Positions 1 to 9,520 of a stretch of DNA of 64,000 nucleotides are shown here, piece by piece. A program made the position numbers and the translations under genes. Every line of letters begins with the position of its first letter. Position 1 is the first letter of the stretch. Below the pieces are notes generated by a model that was not told the DNA's origin, did not search any database, and worked only from the letters and a program-made list of their open reading frames with translations. Source of the stretch: Candidatus Dadabacteria bacterium (GTDB taxonomy: Bacteria > Desulfobacterota_D > UBA1144 > Nemesobacterales > CSP1-2); assembly GCA_963805855.1 (NCBI GenBank), contig CAWDVW010000007.1, forward strand, positions 352,001-416,000, given 5' to 3'.

Positions 1-424
1 CAATGGAAACATCCGGTGTGGCCAGTTTCTCTCCGTATCTATCCTCGCGTTTTATCCAGGAGATTTCCGTATCGTTTCCTAAACTGCTTACTATATCCCT
101 AAGTTTTGATGCCGGAGCATAAGGATTATCATTTATCTCACTACCTTCGACAATTGGTACCTCCTCGTCAAGAAGATTTATCAGACTTCTGATCAATCTT
201 GTTTTTGCCTGACCTCTTTCACCTATGAACATTATGTCATGACCTGCTAGTATTGCGTTTTCCAGTTGAGGTATGACGCTGTCTTCATATCCGATTATGT
301 TTGGGAAAATTTGTTCTCTTCTTTTAAGCTTACCTATCAAATTCTTCCTCATTTCCTCCTTTACCGACAAAACTTTGTACTCGGTTGACCTTAGCTCACC
401 AATGGTGCTCGGCTTTTGATGCAT
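1..424 (-). CDS. Magnesium chelatase ChlI-like AAA+ ATPase, N-terminal part (runs off window start)
   Basis: Manual translation MHQKPSTIGELRS...IIGYEDSVIPQLENAILAGHDIMFIGERGQAKTRLIRSL...EKLATPDVSI; variant Walker A GERGQAKT; AGGAGG RBS at 435-440 on minus strand. Confidence 0.75.
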   Translation of the reverse strand, partial: MHQKPSTIGELRSTEYKVLSVKEEMRKNLIGKLKRREQIFPNIIGYEDSVIPQLENAILAGHDIMFIGERGQAKTRLIRSLINLLDEEVPIVEGSEINDNPYAPASKLRDIVSSLGNDTEISWIKREDRYGEKLATPDVSI

Positions 425-727
425 GTACTGTTTTCCTCCTCATTCTTTACAAAACAAGAATAATTGTAATTTTAGCTGGAGATTGTAGTTGTTGAAATGA
501 AAATATGATATTGAAAGATTGTGGAATTTTAGTGTTTTTTTCAAATTTATATTTTTCGTTATTACGACTATATACATTCTTAATTAACTCATCCGAATAA
601 TTATCATTATATGAAGCCTTTCTTCAAATTACAAATAAATAAATTAATATTCCTTTTTTCACTGAATAGAAAGTTGTGCAGAAACAAGTAAAGTATTTCC
701 ATTTATGGTTGAAATATATGGGTCTAA

Positions 728-1426
728 ATGAAAGGATTTTATATCGGGAGAAAGACTGTGGGAAAGGAATTCCTCAGGTCCATACTCAAATTTGTTAAAG
801 ACACCGAACGTAGAGTAGCTAAATTTGCTGACTCGACAGATGATGAACTTGTCGAGCTTTTCGTAAAGGAAAACAATCAAGGTGCATTTGAAGAGATATT
901 TAATCGATATGTGGATAAGATCTATGGAATTTCACTACGGATAACTCGTAATCCAGCTAGAGCTGAAGAGGTTCTCCAGGAGGTATTTCTTACTCTAATA
1001 ACAAAGGCGGACACGTTTCGTGGAGAAGCAAAGTTCTCAAGCTGGCTCTATAGGGTCACCGTAAACACGAGCTTTATGCATCTAAGAGCCGAAAAGAAGT
1101 ATGAAAGTACGCTAAGTTTAGAGAATTATGTTCCTTATGACGAAAAAGGGACATTGATGGGAAGGATTAAAGCAAAGGATTGGAGCAGCAGACCCGATAT
1201 ATTAATTTTTAGAAAAGAGGGTCTTGAATTAATTGAGAAAGCAATTAACGAGCTTCCTGAGTCCTATAGGGTTGTTTTCCATCTAAGGGATGTGGAAGGA
1301 TTGTCGAATGAGGAGATTTCGAATATACTTGATTTATCCATACCCGCCGTGAAATCCAGACTGCACAGGGCAAGGCTATTCTTAAGAGATAAGCTTTCAG
1401 ATTATTTTGATGAATGGGTAGGCTAA
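728..1426 (+). CDS. ECF RNA polymerase sigma-70 factor
   Basis: Region 2 (AEEVLQEVFL...FSSWLYRVTVN) and region 4 (LRDVEGLSNEEIS...VKSRLHRAR). Confidence 0.9.
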   Translation: MKGFYIGRKTVGKEFLRSILKFVKDTERRVAKFADSTDDELVELFVKENNQGAFEEIFNRYVDKIYGISLRITRNPARAEEVLQEVFLTLITKADTFRGEAKFSSWLYRVTVNTSFMHLRAEKKYESTLSLENYVPYDEKGTLMGRIKAKDWSSRPDILIFRKEGLELIEKAINELPESYRVVFHLRDVEGLSNEEISNILDLSIPAVKSRLHRARLFLRDKLSDYFDEWVG

Positions 1427-1430
1427 CATA

Positions 1431-1667
1431 ATGTTGTGTAAGGACATAGTAGAAAACATAATGGGATACATCGAAGCCGAGTTAGATTATGAGACTCTGG
1501 TTGAGTTGGAGAAGCATCTGGATATGTGTCCCGAGTGCACGGCTTTTATAAGAACATATAAGAGGATGCTTAGCCTGACGGGTAGACTCAGAGAAAAATC
1601 ATTTGTCACGCCGGAAGTGAGGTCAAGACTCAAGGAGTTGTTATTGTCTAAGATAAAATCCCAGTAA
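1431..1667 (+). CDS. Zinc-binding anti-sigma factor (zf-HC2/ZAS)
   Basis: HLDMCPEC = HxxxCxxC motif, directly downstream of the ECF sigma gene. Confidence 0.85.
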   Translation: MLCKDIVENIMGYIEAELDYETLVELEKHLDMCPECTAFIRTYKRMLSLTGRLREKSFVTPEVRSRLKELLLSKIKSQ

Positions 1668-1748
1668 GGGGATGTGACTTGGATTAACTATTTAGTGAAA
1701 AATTTGATCAGTACCACGCCTAGACTTCTAGATATTTAACAAGCATCA

Positions 1749-2243
1749 TCACTTGTCCAAATCCTTTAATTCCCTATCGACCATCTTAAGATATTCCTTA
1801 TCTTCTTTGGCATTTTGCACCTTTTCGATATTTATTTCTTGCCCCGTGGTGACTTTTGATCGGTGCAAAAACAACCCTATGCCGATACCACCTAAGACTA
1901 CTGCCAACGCAGGTAATATCCACAACAGCAGATTTACTCCCTTTACCGGAGGATAGCCGAGTATACTGTCGCCATATCTATTCACGAAATAATTGATTAT
2001 TTCCTCTTTGCTCTCTCCCGCTTCTAACTTCTCTCTAATTATTGAACGCATGTCTTTTGCAAGCTCCGAATTTGATTCAGCGACACTCTGTCCCTGACAG
2101 ACGGGACACATTAGTAGATAGGAGATTTCACGAGCCTCGTCATCAATGCTCTCAGAGAACGAGACCGATTTTGATACGAAGGTGGCTAAAACAATAAGTG
2201 TAAATACGATAAAAACCTGTTTTTTACTTATGTGTTTAAGCAT
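1749..2243 (-). CDS. ccmH: Cytochrome c-type biogenesis protein CcmH/NrfF
   Basis: LMCPVCQGQSVAESNS..A.DMR..I...L..G.S.EEI..YFV.RYG signature. Confidence 0.9.
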   Translation of the reverse strand: MLKHISKKQVFIVFTLIVLATFVSKSVSFSESIDDEAREISYLLMCPVCQGQSVAESNSELAKDMRSIIREKLEAGESKEEIINYFVNRYGDSILGYPPVKGVNLLLWILPALAVVLGGIGIGLFLHRSKVTTGQEINIEKVQNAKEDKEYLKMVDRELKDLDK

Positions 2244-2251
2244 ATATTAAT

Positions 2252-2818
2252 TTAATTACCTTTCCGGGTTAACCCGTCTGTGTCATGATTTAAGAGTGCT
2301 TTTCCTAGATAGAAGTCAATAATTTCCTCGTTAAGGGGACCGGTATATTTTTCAGTTATTTTCCCTGAAGGATCAATAAAGTAGGTTTCAGGAACTCCTG
2401 CAACACCATAATCAACCCCAATTTGACCCCCGGGATCCTTTCCATTTGGATAACTCCCTCCATATTTCTTAACGTATGAGAGCGCGTTAGCATCGTCGTC
2501 CCATATGTTTACGCCGAGAAAAGCCACTTGTTTATCCTTATATTTCATCCATGAGGATTCAAGCGCCGGGGCTTCATCCCTGCACGGTATACACCATGAT
2601 GCCCAGAAATTTAGTAGAACGGCTTTACCTTTAAGGTCTGAAAGCTTTACAGTGCTGCCGTCGAAGAGCGCAAGTGCAAAATCTGGCGCCTCATACCCGA
2701 CGAGAGGAGATTTTTTAATGATGGTTCTATTCCCAAATATTGCATAACCCATGATGCTTAAAATGAGTATAATAGCAACGAATATCGCTAATCGACTGAA
2801 TATGCTCAGGAGTTTCAT
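2252..2818 (-). CDS. TlpA/CcmG-like thiol:disulfide oxidoreductase
   Basis: N-terminal TM helix, LNFWASWCIPC, GVPETYFID. Confidence 0.9.
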   Translation of the reverse strand: MKLLSIFSRLAIFVAIILILSIMGYAIFGNRTIIKKSPLVGYEAPDFALALFDGSTVKLSDLKGKAVLLNFWASWCIPCRDEAPALESSWMKYKDKQVAFLGVNIWDDDANALSYVKKYGGSYPNGKDPGGQIGVDYGVAGVPETYFIDPSGKITEKYTGPLNEEIIDFYLGKALLNHDTDGLTRKGN

Positions 2819-2937
2819 CGGTTATTCCTCATCCGCTTCATTAATAATATCTCGTCAGTATGTTTTTATAATATTGATATAATACCAGCAAATAACTGGT
2901 TAAAAAATCCATTTAAAGTGCAAATCAGAAAAGTAAT

Positions 2938-2963
2938 GCCTGGCCGCTTATGCCAGGCTTCTT
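2938..2963 (+). terminator. Hairpin, possible intrinsic terminator
   Basis: GCCTGGC-cgcttat-GCCAGGC followed by TTCTT. Confidence 0.35.
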
Positions 2964-3020
2964 CTCTGCAAACTCAGCGGGCACCGTGAGGGCTGTTTCA
3001 ACAATCCTGTATTCACTGAA

Positions 3021-3049
3021 AGATCTCTCACATTTAGTTCGAGATGACA
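3021..3049. repeat. REP-like element (..TCTCTC..TTCGAGATGAC family)
   Basis: agatctctcacatttagttcgagatgaca; related copy at 26109-26140. Confidence 0.55.
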
Positions 3050-3235
3050 GGTCGGGAGATAAAATATTCCAAATCCCAGTGAAATTTCGAGAAGAGCAAG
3101 TAATCTTTCTTTTGAGGTCATTGCTAGGATCTCCATGACCAAACAAGCTCTCTGTAACTAGCAAAGGTCTTAGTCATGAGTTCGCTGAGTTATGTTTGAT
3201 TGAGATTGGCAAGGATAATCCAGACAGGTCAATTT

Positions 3236-3727
3236 CTATTTTTGTTGATCAGCCTGATTATTTGTGTTTTTCTGACCTGGTTTAAAGCTGCAACCACTGA
3301 GCGTAATATAACAAATCAACCCGTTTTCCTTGAAGTCTTTATTTTCTATCGATTGATACTCACCCTGTAAAGATATTACATCCCCGGGTTCGGTTTGAGA
3401 TAGTACTGTTTTAAAATCGTTCGAATTACAAATACATCCTACTGCATAACCAGGCTTGGAAAAGATATCTACAGTAAACATGTCTTCGTTATTCATACAA
3501 ATTGATAAATTCGATACTTTTTCACCGACTGTTATTTTAGTTGCTATTTGTTTATCTGAATATAGCTGAAAAGCAGAACTGGGGTCACCCGCGTAGAGCT
3601 TACACGTTTCTTCAAATGATGGTATTTCCACCGGTTTATTTTCTTGTGCCATAACCTGCAGCAGTGAGATGGCAAAGAAAAACAGTAGAAAAAATATCAT
3701 TATTGTTGAAAACCGGCGATTAATCAT
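3236..3727 (-). CDS. Exported protein, probable tRNA_anti-like OB fold
   Basis: Signal peptide; Y..D...A...Y..K.I, PGDVISLQG and ITLSGC pattern resembling that family. Confidence 0.5.
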   Translation of the reverse strand: MINRRFSTIMIFFLLFFFAISLLQVMAQENKPVEIPSFEETCKLYAGDPSSAFQLYSDKQIATKITVGEKVSNLSICMNNEDMFTVDIFSKPGYAVGCICNSNDFKTVLSQTEPGDVISLQGEYQSIENKDFKENGLICYITLSGCSFKPGQKNTNNQADQQK

Positions 3728-3817
3728 ATTTTAATGAAAGTGTCAGAGATTTGTGGGTGAAAATAAAATATTATATCTCGTACGTTAAGTCAATAGCTAT
3801 CGGAAGTTATCACGAGT

Positions 3818-4441
3818 TTATTTCTTGCTGGCTCTCAAACCAACAAGTTTCCAAAGACCATGGGTGAAGTTAATTATCTTTTCAACCTTAAAATTTGATA
3901 TTTCAACCAGAGAATTCAATTCGTTTGATGAATATATTTTTACATGATATTTGCTCAAGAGTTTCAAAATAATGTTAAGTAACTTGAACTGGAAGGAATC
4001 CCTGCACCAGTCCACTATAATCAGCTTTCCATTCGGCCTTAGCAACCGATAAAAATTATTAAGTACTCTAAGTGGTTCGGGATAGTAATGTAATGCACTG
4101 ACGCAAAGTATTTTTGAAAAGTAGTCGTCTGAAAAATCGAGATCATGAACGTCCTGATGGCTTATAAAAACGTTCTCAAATTTAATTAAACGGCCCTCAG
4201 CTATATCAAGCATTTCCTTTGAGATATCGGTCAAATAGAATTTTCCCTCGCCTTTCGTTTTGGAGATTATCGTCTCGATGAGTAATCCAGTACCTCCACT
4301 CGCATCCAGAATAATGTCATCCGCTTTTGGTTCTAACAATCCGATAGCAACCTTATGTGTTGCTTCAAGGTATCCCTCCCACCTCTTGTCATAATAATGG
4401 GCAACGTAGTCGTATTTCTCTTTAGCTCGATTTAAACTCAC
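3818..4441 (-). CDS. Class I SAM-dependent methyltransferase (UbiE-like)
   Basis: ILDASGGTG motif I, DIS.EML, LLRPNGKLIIVDW. Confidence 0.85.
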   Translation of the reverse strand: MSLNRAKEKYDYVAHYYDKRWEGYLEATHKVAIGLLEPKADDIILDASGGTGLLIETIISKTKGEGKFYLTDISKEMLDIAEGRLIKFENVFISHQDVHDLDFSDDYFSKILCVSALHYYPEPLRVLNNFYRLLRPNGKLIIVDWCRDSFQFKLLNIILKLLSKYHVKIYSSNELNSLVEISNFKVEKIINFTHGLWKLVGLRASKK

Positions 4442-4800
4442 TTTTACTGAATATATTTTGCCTTTAAAATATTAAATCCAAAATTGCTTAGGCTTAAATG
4501 AGACTCCGTTCGTGAATGGAAATTTGGTTATCATGCCAAAGATAGTGCAACTGATGACAGCAAGCGGAATGAGGAATTAGATTTCCGAATTATAGTCGTG
4601 ACAAGATGACGCAATCGGGTGGCGAGTCGAAATGGCGGATTGTGTTGAGAAATTGAAATTTAATGGTGTGCTGCTCATCGTTTATTCTCTGACAGTTTTC
4701 GTATTTCCAAGATTTTTGCGGAAATCGAATTATATAAGATGGTATAATAGTAAGAATAGTTCCAATTGCTTGATGGCAATTGAAGAACATCAAGGGAAAA

Positions 4801-5520
4801 ATGAGAGTTCAAATAGCGTTAATCAGTGGATGCAATTGTGGGGGATCATGTAGCTGTTGCAATGATTCATCCGTAAGAGTAGATTCACTTTCCGAAAGAA
4901 TTGATACCAAGAATTCCGGGTTACACAGGAGGGCCCTTTTTCTTTCCTATTTCACAGTTGGATACAATTTCCTGGAGGGAATAGTATCAATCTTTGCAGG
5001 CCTTCTAGCTGGAAGTATTGCACTTGTAGGATTTGGTCTCGATAGCTTTGTCGAATCTCTCTCAGGCGGGGTAATGATCTGGAGGTTCAGTCAACATGGA
5101 CGAGTATCCGAAGAGGAAGAGGCGAAGATAGAGGCTAAGGCCACAAAACTCGTTGCCGTTGCATTCTTTTTCCTCGGTGCGTATGTATTATATGAATCTG
5201 CAAAGAAGTTATATTTTCAAGAAATCCCCGATCCAAGTGTTTTGGGGATTATCATCGCATTTATTTCTATTATAGTAATGCCCATTCTCTTCTATATGAA
5301 ATACAAAACCGCGAGAATGATTGAAAGCAGGAGTTTGTTAGGGGATTCAAAACAAACGCTCGCCTGTGTTTTTCTATCTGCAGCATTGCTTGTTGGATTG
5401 GGGCTTAACTACCTTTATGGCCTCTGGTGGGCAGACCCGCTGGTCGGATTTATGATAGTGGTATTTCTAATAAGAGAAGGTTATAACACTCTAAAAGAGG
5501 CGAGACTTTGCAGCTGCTAG
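4801..5520 (+). CDS. Cation efflux (CDF-like) membrane protein with Cys-rich termini
   Basis: SIALVGFGLDSFVES and WWADP motifs, about 6 TM helices; N-term CNCGGSCSCC, C-term LCSC; ATG 4801 preferred over TTG 4780. Confidence 0.75.
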   Translation: MRVQIALISGCNCGGSCSCCNDSSVRVDSLSERIDTKNSGLHRRALFLSYFTVGYNFLEGIVSIFAGLLAGSIALVGFGLDSFVESLSGGVMIWRFSQHGRVSEEEEAKIEAKATKLVAVAFFFLGAYVLYESAKKLYFQEIPDPSVLGIIIAFISIIVMPILFYMKYKTARMIESRSLLGDSKQTLACVFLSAALLVGLGLNYLYGLWWADPLVGFMIVVFLIREGYNTLKEARLCSC

Positions 5521-5658
5521 TTGCCAAGGTTATGTATCGGTTAAGATCGAATGCTAATTAACGGATATTTTTTCTGATTGCCTTCGAAACTTAATAAGGG
5601 TTTTACATCGCCGGTTAGTTCAAAATACCCTAAGATTCTCGACGAGTTTTCCCTTTGA

Positions 5659-5711
5659 GTAGGTCACGAGTCCCTTCGATTGGACTCAGGGCAGGCTTGC
5701 TCGTGACAGAC
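5659..5711. repeat. GTAG-type REP with 25-nt loop insertion
   Basis: GTAGGTCACGAG[TCCCTTCGATTGGACTCAGGGCAGG]CTTGCTCGTGAC. Confidence 0.65.
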
Positions 5712-5819
5712 GTTGTAGAAGGACTGTCCTTCTCGTCTGTTGAAGGTATATATATCTTTCGCAGCCAGCTGGTCTAGACAAGCTTATGTATTAATGCGTG
5801 GCAATTTCCAAATTCAGGC

Positions 5820-5862
5820 TTGACATTGTTCGTATTTCCATTATTCTAAAACTATGGAATTA
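5820..5862 (+). promoter_or_regulatory. sigma70 promoter and probable ArsR operator of the ars operon
   Basis: TTGACA(5820)-16 nt-TATTCT(5842); inverted TTCCA...TGGAA overlapping the -10 and start codon. Confidence 0.55.
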
Positions 5863-6201
5863 CACGCCAGCAACGAAAACATAGCAAATTATGCAGATAT
5901 GCTATCGGCAATGGGCACGGAGGCACGGCTCAGGATTATGAGGCTTTTGCTTTCGGCTTATCCTGAAGGCGTGGTTGTCGGTGAGATTCAGGCGGCACTT
6001 GGAATTCCAGGATCGACCCTGTCGCATCACCTTGAAAGGTTAAAACGCGTCGATCTGATTAAGATCAGACGTGACAAACAATTCTTATGGTATTCGGCAA
6101 ATTCCAAGGCGCTGGAGGATTTGCTCTCTTTTCTTTTCGCCGAGTGCTGTTCTCGTAGTCGTGCCGTGAGACCTGAGACAATTGCATCGATTTGCAAATA
6201 G
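5854..6201 (+). CDS. arsR: ArsR/SmtB family repressor
   Basis: RLRIMRLL...STLSHHL..L; C-terminal FLFAECC; heads arsM-arsC. Confidence 0.9.
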   Translation: MELHASNENIANYADMLSAMGTEARLRIMRLLLSAYPEGVVVGEIQAALGIPGSTLSHHLERLKRVDLIKIRRDKQFLWYSANSKALEDLLSFLFAECCSRSRAVRPETIASICK

Positions 6202-6211
6202 GAGGTGTTTC

Positions 6212-7072
6212 ATGAGTTCCACTAATAGAGACGAAGTACCTGCGGGAGGCTCAGGAGTTGATGACAGTCTTAAGGAGACTGTGAGGAAAAAATATAGTAA
6301 ATTAGCGCAACAGATTGCTGGTGAGGGTAGTTCCTCATGTTGCGGAGGTTACGGAGGGCAAAAAAAGTTTGATTCCATTACGTCTACTTTATATCAATCT
6401 GATCAATCGGCTGGAATCCCAATCGAAGTTTTACTAATATCCCTTGGTTGCGGTAATCCGACTGCGCTTGCCGAGCTCAATCCGGACGAGATTGTGCTTG
6501 ATCTTGGGTCGGGCGGTGGAATAGATGTATTACTGTCAGCGAAGAGGGTAGGGCCGACTGGTAAGGTATTTGGAATTGATATGAGTGATGAGATGCTGGC
6601 ATTGGCTCGTGATAATCAAAGAAAATCTGGGATTGAAAACGTAGAGTTCCTGAAAGGCGAAATTGAAAATATTCCGCTTCCAGACGGTGTTGTCGACGTT
6701 ATCATCTCAAACTGTGTTATCAACCTCTCGGTAAACAAGGATCGCGCACTAAAAGAGGCCTTCCGTGTACTGAAACCAGGCGGTCGTCTTGCGGTATCAG
6801 ATATAGTATTCAGAGGGACAATGCCTGTTGAGATTCGAAGGAACGTAGAACTCTGGATAGGTTGCATTGCTGGTGCCCTCGAGGAAACCGAGTATAAACC
6901 CAAATTGGAGCGGGCTGGTTTCGTCGATATTAGTGTGGAGGCTACACGTATCTACAATGTCGAAGATGCGAGAGGTTTTCTCCAGGATTCAGGGGTAGAT
7001 TTAGATAACCTTGCGACACCCGTCGATGGAAAAATCATGAGTGCATTTGTACGCGCTAAGAAACATAGCTAG
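6212..7072 (+). CDS. arsM: Arsenite S-adenosylmethyltransferase
   Basis: SSCCG, SLGCGNP, VLDLGSGGGID, SNCVINL, WIGCIAGAL; GGAGG RBS at 6201 supports ATG 6212. Confidence 0.92.
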   Translation: MSSTNRDEVPAGGSGVDDSLKETVRKKYSKLAQQIAGEGSSSCCGGYGGQKKFDSITSTLYQSDQSAGIPIEVLLISLGCGNPTALAELNPDEIVLDLGSGGGIDVLLSAKRVGPTGKVFGIDMSDEMLALARDNQRKSGIENVEFLKGEIENIPLPDGVVDVIISNCVINLSVNKDRALKEAFRVLKPGGRLAVSDIVFRGTMPVEIRRNVELWIGCIAGALEETEYKPKLERAGFVDISVEATRIYNVEDARGFLQDSGVDLDNLATPVDGKIMSAFVRAKKHS

Positions 7073-7125
7073 GTGCCGGGGGACAACCGTTTAAACTATA
7101 GTAGTGTTTATTCGATAGGAAAAAT

Positions 7126-7563
7126 ATGGCCAAGAAAAAAGTACTGTTCGTATGTGTTCACAATAGTGCGCGTAGTCAATTGGCCGAAGAATTGCTCAGA
7201 GAAATTGCCGGAAATAGATTTGAGGCTGAAAGCGCAGGATTAGAACCTGGCGTACTGAATCCTTATGTTGCAGAAGTTTTAAAGGAAGAGGGAATAGATA
7301 TAACCGGCAAGAAAACTAAATCGGTATTTGACCTATTAAAAGCAGGAAGGCATTACACGTATGTTGTAACAGTATGTGATGAAACATCGGCAGAGGCATG
7401 TCCGGTATTCCCCTCATGTGAGGAACGATTTCACTGGAGTTTCCCCGACCCGTCAAAATTTGTCGGGACCGATGAGGAAAAAATTGAGCAAGTGAGGGAA
7501 ATCAAGAATCTAATCAAAGCGAACATAGAGGCGTGGATAAAGGGTAGGGATAGTGCTTCCTGA
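7126..7563 (+). CDS. arsC: Arsenate reductase, LMW-PTP (thioredoxin-coupled) type
   Basis: FVCVHNSARSQ P-loop, VTVCD...ACPVFP, HWSFPDP. Confidence 0.92.
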   Translation: MAKKKVLFVCVHNSARSQLAEELLREIAGNRFEAESAGLEPGVLNPYVAEVLKEEGIDITGKKTKSVFDLLKAGRHYTYVVTVCDETSAEACPVFPSCEERFHWSFPDPSKFVGTDEEKIEQVREIKNLIKANIEAWIKGRDSAS

Positions 7564-7697
7564 ACCCTTTACAGTTTCAACGGTTTTGCTTCCTTGCCTC
7601 GTGTAGGCCAATGCTAAATGTCAATCCCGATTGGAGATTATCCAACACTTTTGACTATTCTCCCAATTCGTTAAAGAATAAAACCTCTCAGCTATTC

Positions 7698-8543
7698 CTA
7701 CCGATGCGGCATGCCTCCTCCAGGTCCCATACCGTGATCTGGTTCCATTCCATCGTGAAAGCCATCGTGATTCATGTCACCATCATGAAATCCGTCATGG
7801 TTCATATCATCGTCGTGAAAACCATCGTGGTCAAAGTCGTCATCATAATATCCATCGTGGTTGGCATCTTCAACGTTCCCACATATGTAATCGGGGTCAT
7901 GAAAATCCATAGTTCCATTCCCATTCGTGTCTACTTCTTGAAGCGGGTTATGCATGGGCATGGCAAAGCTATGGTCGGAATGTAAGGTGATCGCTCCCAG
8001 GTCGACAGGATTATTCCCCGAAGATAGGCAGAACTGATCGTCAAAATCTCCTATATGCTCCGGACCACACTGAAACGCCATAAAATCCCGAAATTCATCC
8101 ATCATTCCAGGGCCGGTATGGGCTGTAAAGCTCATTGTATAACAATCGTCAACTGGGAGATTAAGACTAAACCCTCCGGTTGCGGGGTCAGTATCAGTTT
8201 CATGGACTGAGCCATTTCTTCCCATTGCACTCACGATGAATGTTCCAGCTTGCCCTGTAGCATATGCACTGCAAGGCGAAATAAGGTCATAAAGATTCAT
8301 ACCTAAGATAATTGTTTTGTTAGTGCCCGGGTAAAATTGCATTGCTATTCCTTCACTGACAACTCCGGTGACTTCTCTCGTTTGCATTCCTGGCATAGAC
8401 CCATCATCCCCTTGGTGGTCTCCCCCTCCATCACAAGCGGTGACAAAAAATACACTGAAAAGAATCAATATTAAAAAGCCTAATTGTGGACACTCTATGT
8501 TCGGCATACGCCTTTTTCTTAGGACTCTTAATTTGTGAGACAT
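7698..8543 (-). CDS. Hypothetical lipoprotein with His/Asp decapeptide repeats
   Basis: Lipobox FFVTA-C; C-terminal (D/N)HDG(F/Y)(H/Y)DxD repeats; AAGGAG RBS. Confidence 0.75.
   Translation of the reverse strand: MSHKLRVLRKRRMPNIECPQLGFLILILFSVFFVTACDGGGDHQGDDGSMPGMQTREVTGVVSEGIAMQFYPGTNKTIILGMNLYDLISPCSAYATGQAGTFIVSAMGRNGSVHETDTDPATGGFSLNLPVDDCYTMSFTAHTGPGMMDEFRDFMAFQCGPEHIGDFDDQFCLSSGNNPVDLGAITLHSDHSFAMPMHNPLQEVDTNGNGTMDFHDPDYICGNVEDANHDGYYDDDFDHDGFHDDDMNHDGFHDGDMNHDGFHDGMEPDHGMGPGGGMPHR
7748..7870 (-). repeat. Four imperfect 30-nt tandem coding repeats
   Basis: Encodes ANHDGYYDDD-FDHDGFHDDD-MNHDGFHDGD-MNHDGFHDG. Confidence 0.8.
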
Positions 8544-8581
8544 ATCAAATCGCTCCTTATTTTTAGTTTCTTGATTTGTGC

Positions 8582-8597
8582 TGCAATTAATATGCCG
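8582..8597 (-). promoter_or_regulatory. Putative sigma54 (-24/-12) promoter
   Basis: Minus strand CGGCATATTAATTGCA = GG-N10-GC, about 40 nt upstream of the lipoprotein start. Confidence 0.55.
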
Positions 8598-9016
8598 AGG
8601 ATTTATTCAATAGTTCTTCATGATTTGAGGGTGGTTACTGCAAAACCTTTGTACGAATTCACTACATTGGACATGTTTTAGGTTCGTTGAAGTTTTTGCT
8701 CATAATGGGTGGAGTAACTATAAAAGCCTTTGTTGAGATGCTCGTCGAACAAACTTTAGCTCAAGAAGCTGTCCGACAATTAGAATTAGTGGATGGGATG
8801 CCCCATTTTGGAGACAATAATTATGTGAAAGTTGTGGCTTGAAATTGGAATCTTTGTTATCCAATACTTCTATCAGAGTCTGATATTCTAGATCGTAAAG
8901 TGGTCTTCGAGCACTGCACTGCCTTTTCGGAATGTTAATTCGCTATATACAGTATCATCACAATAAGCGGTATCTTCATGATTGTACGAAAAATGTCTCA
9001 ATTCTCTGCGACATGG

Positions 9017-9481
9017 CTATTTACTTGGTAATAATGCCTTATAAGTATTTTTAGATAGCCGAACGGTAACCTTCTCAGTTTGAGGGCAAATTCCCTCGCC
9101 TTTATCATCTTCTACCGTTTTCATGCTTGCCCCATCATGTTCAAGTTTTCTAAGCTCTCGTCTGAGTGTGGTAAGCTCCGCTAATTTCTGTTCGAGATCA
9201 ATGTTCCGCTGTCTCAAAAGTTCTCGAACATGACTGCATGGCGCGAACCCTCTATTCCCTAAAGCAAGGATCTCTGTGATTTCTCTCAAGGTGAATCCTA
9301 GACTCTGGGCTTTTTTTATGAAATTAATCCACCTTATTATATCTTGAGAATAAACCCTGTAGTTATTCCTCTCTCGTTTTGGTTTGGGCAAAAGACTTAT
9401 TTGCTCATGATAGCGGATGGTTTTAGGCTTCGCCTTAGTCTATTTGGCTACCTCACCGATGAAAATCGGTTTCTCTTTCAT
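9017..9481 (-). pseudogene. MerR-family heavy-metal regulator with in-frame TAG at codon 14
   Basis: MKEKPIFIGEVAK*TKAKPKTIRYHEQISLLPKPKR..NNYRVY..FIKKAQSLGFTLREI..PCSHV..GICP; TAG at 9440-9442. Confidence 0.8.
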
Positions 9482-9520
9482 ATATCTATCCTTCAGATCA
9501 ATTAATTTGCATCTAAGATC

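Noticed and set aside
2925-3164. 79-aa ORF ending GQALLF (clamp-binding-like motif)
   Set aside because: Runs through a REP and a hairpin, has no clear RBS and no recognisable family
7748-7870. Possible CRISPR-like array
   Set aside because: Repeats are contiguous, degenerate at codon wobble positions, have no spacers, and no cas genes are present
7611-7985. 124-aa plus-strand ORF with Val/Ile/His periodicity
   Set aside because: Antisense shadow of the 30-nt repeats in the lipoprotein gene
9440-9442. Pyrrolysine or stop-codon recoding of TAG in merR
   Set aside because: TAG is used as a normal stop in arsR, arsM and others; no pyl genes in the window
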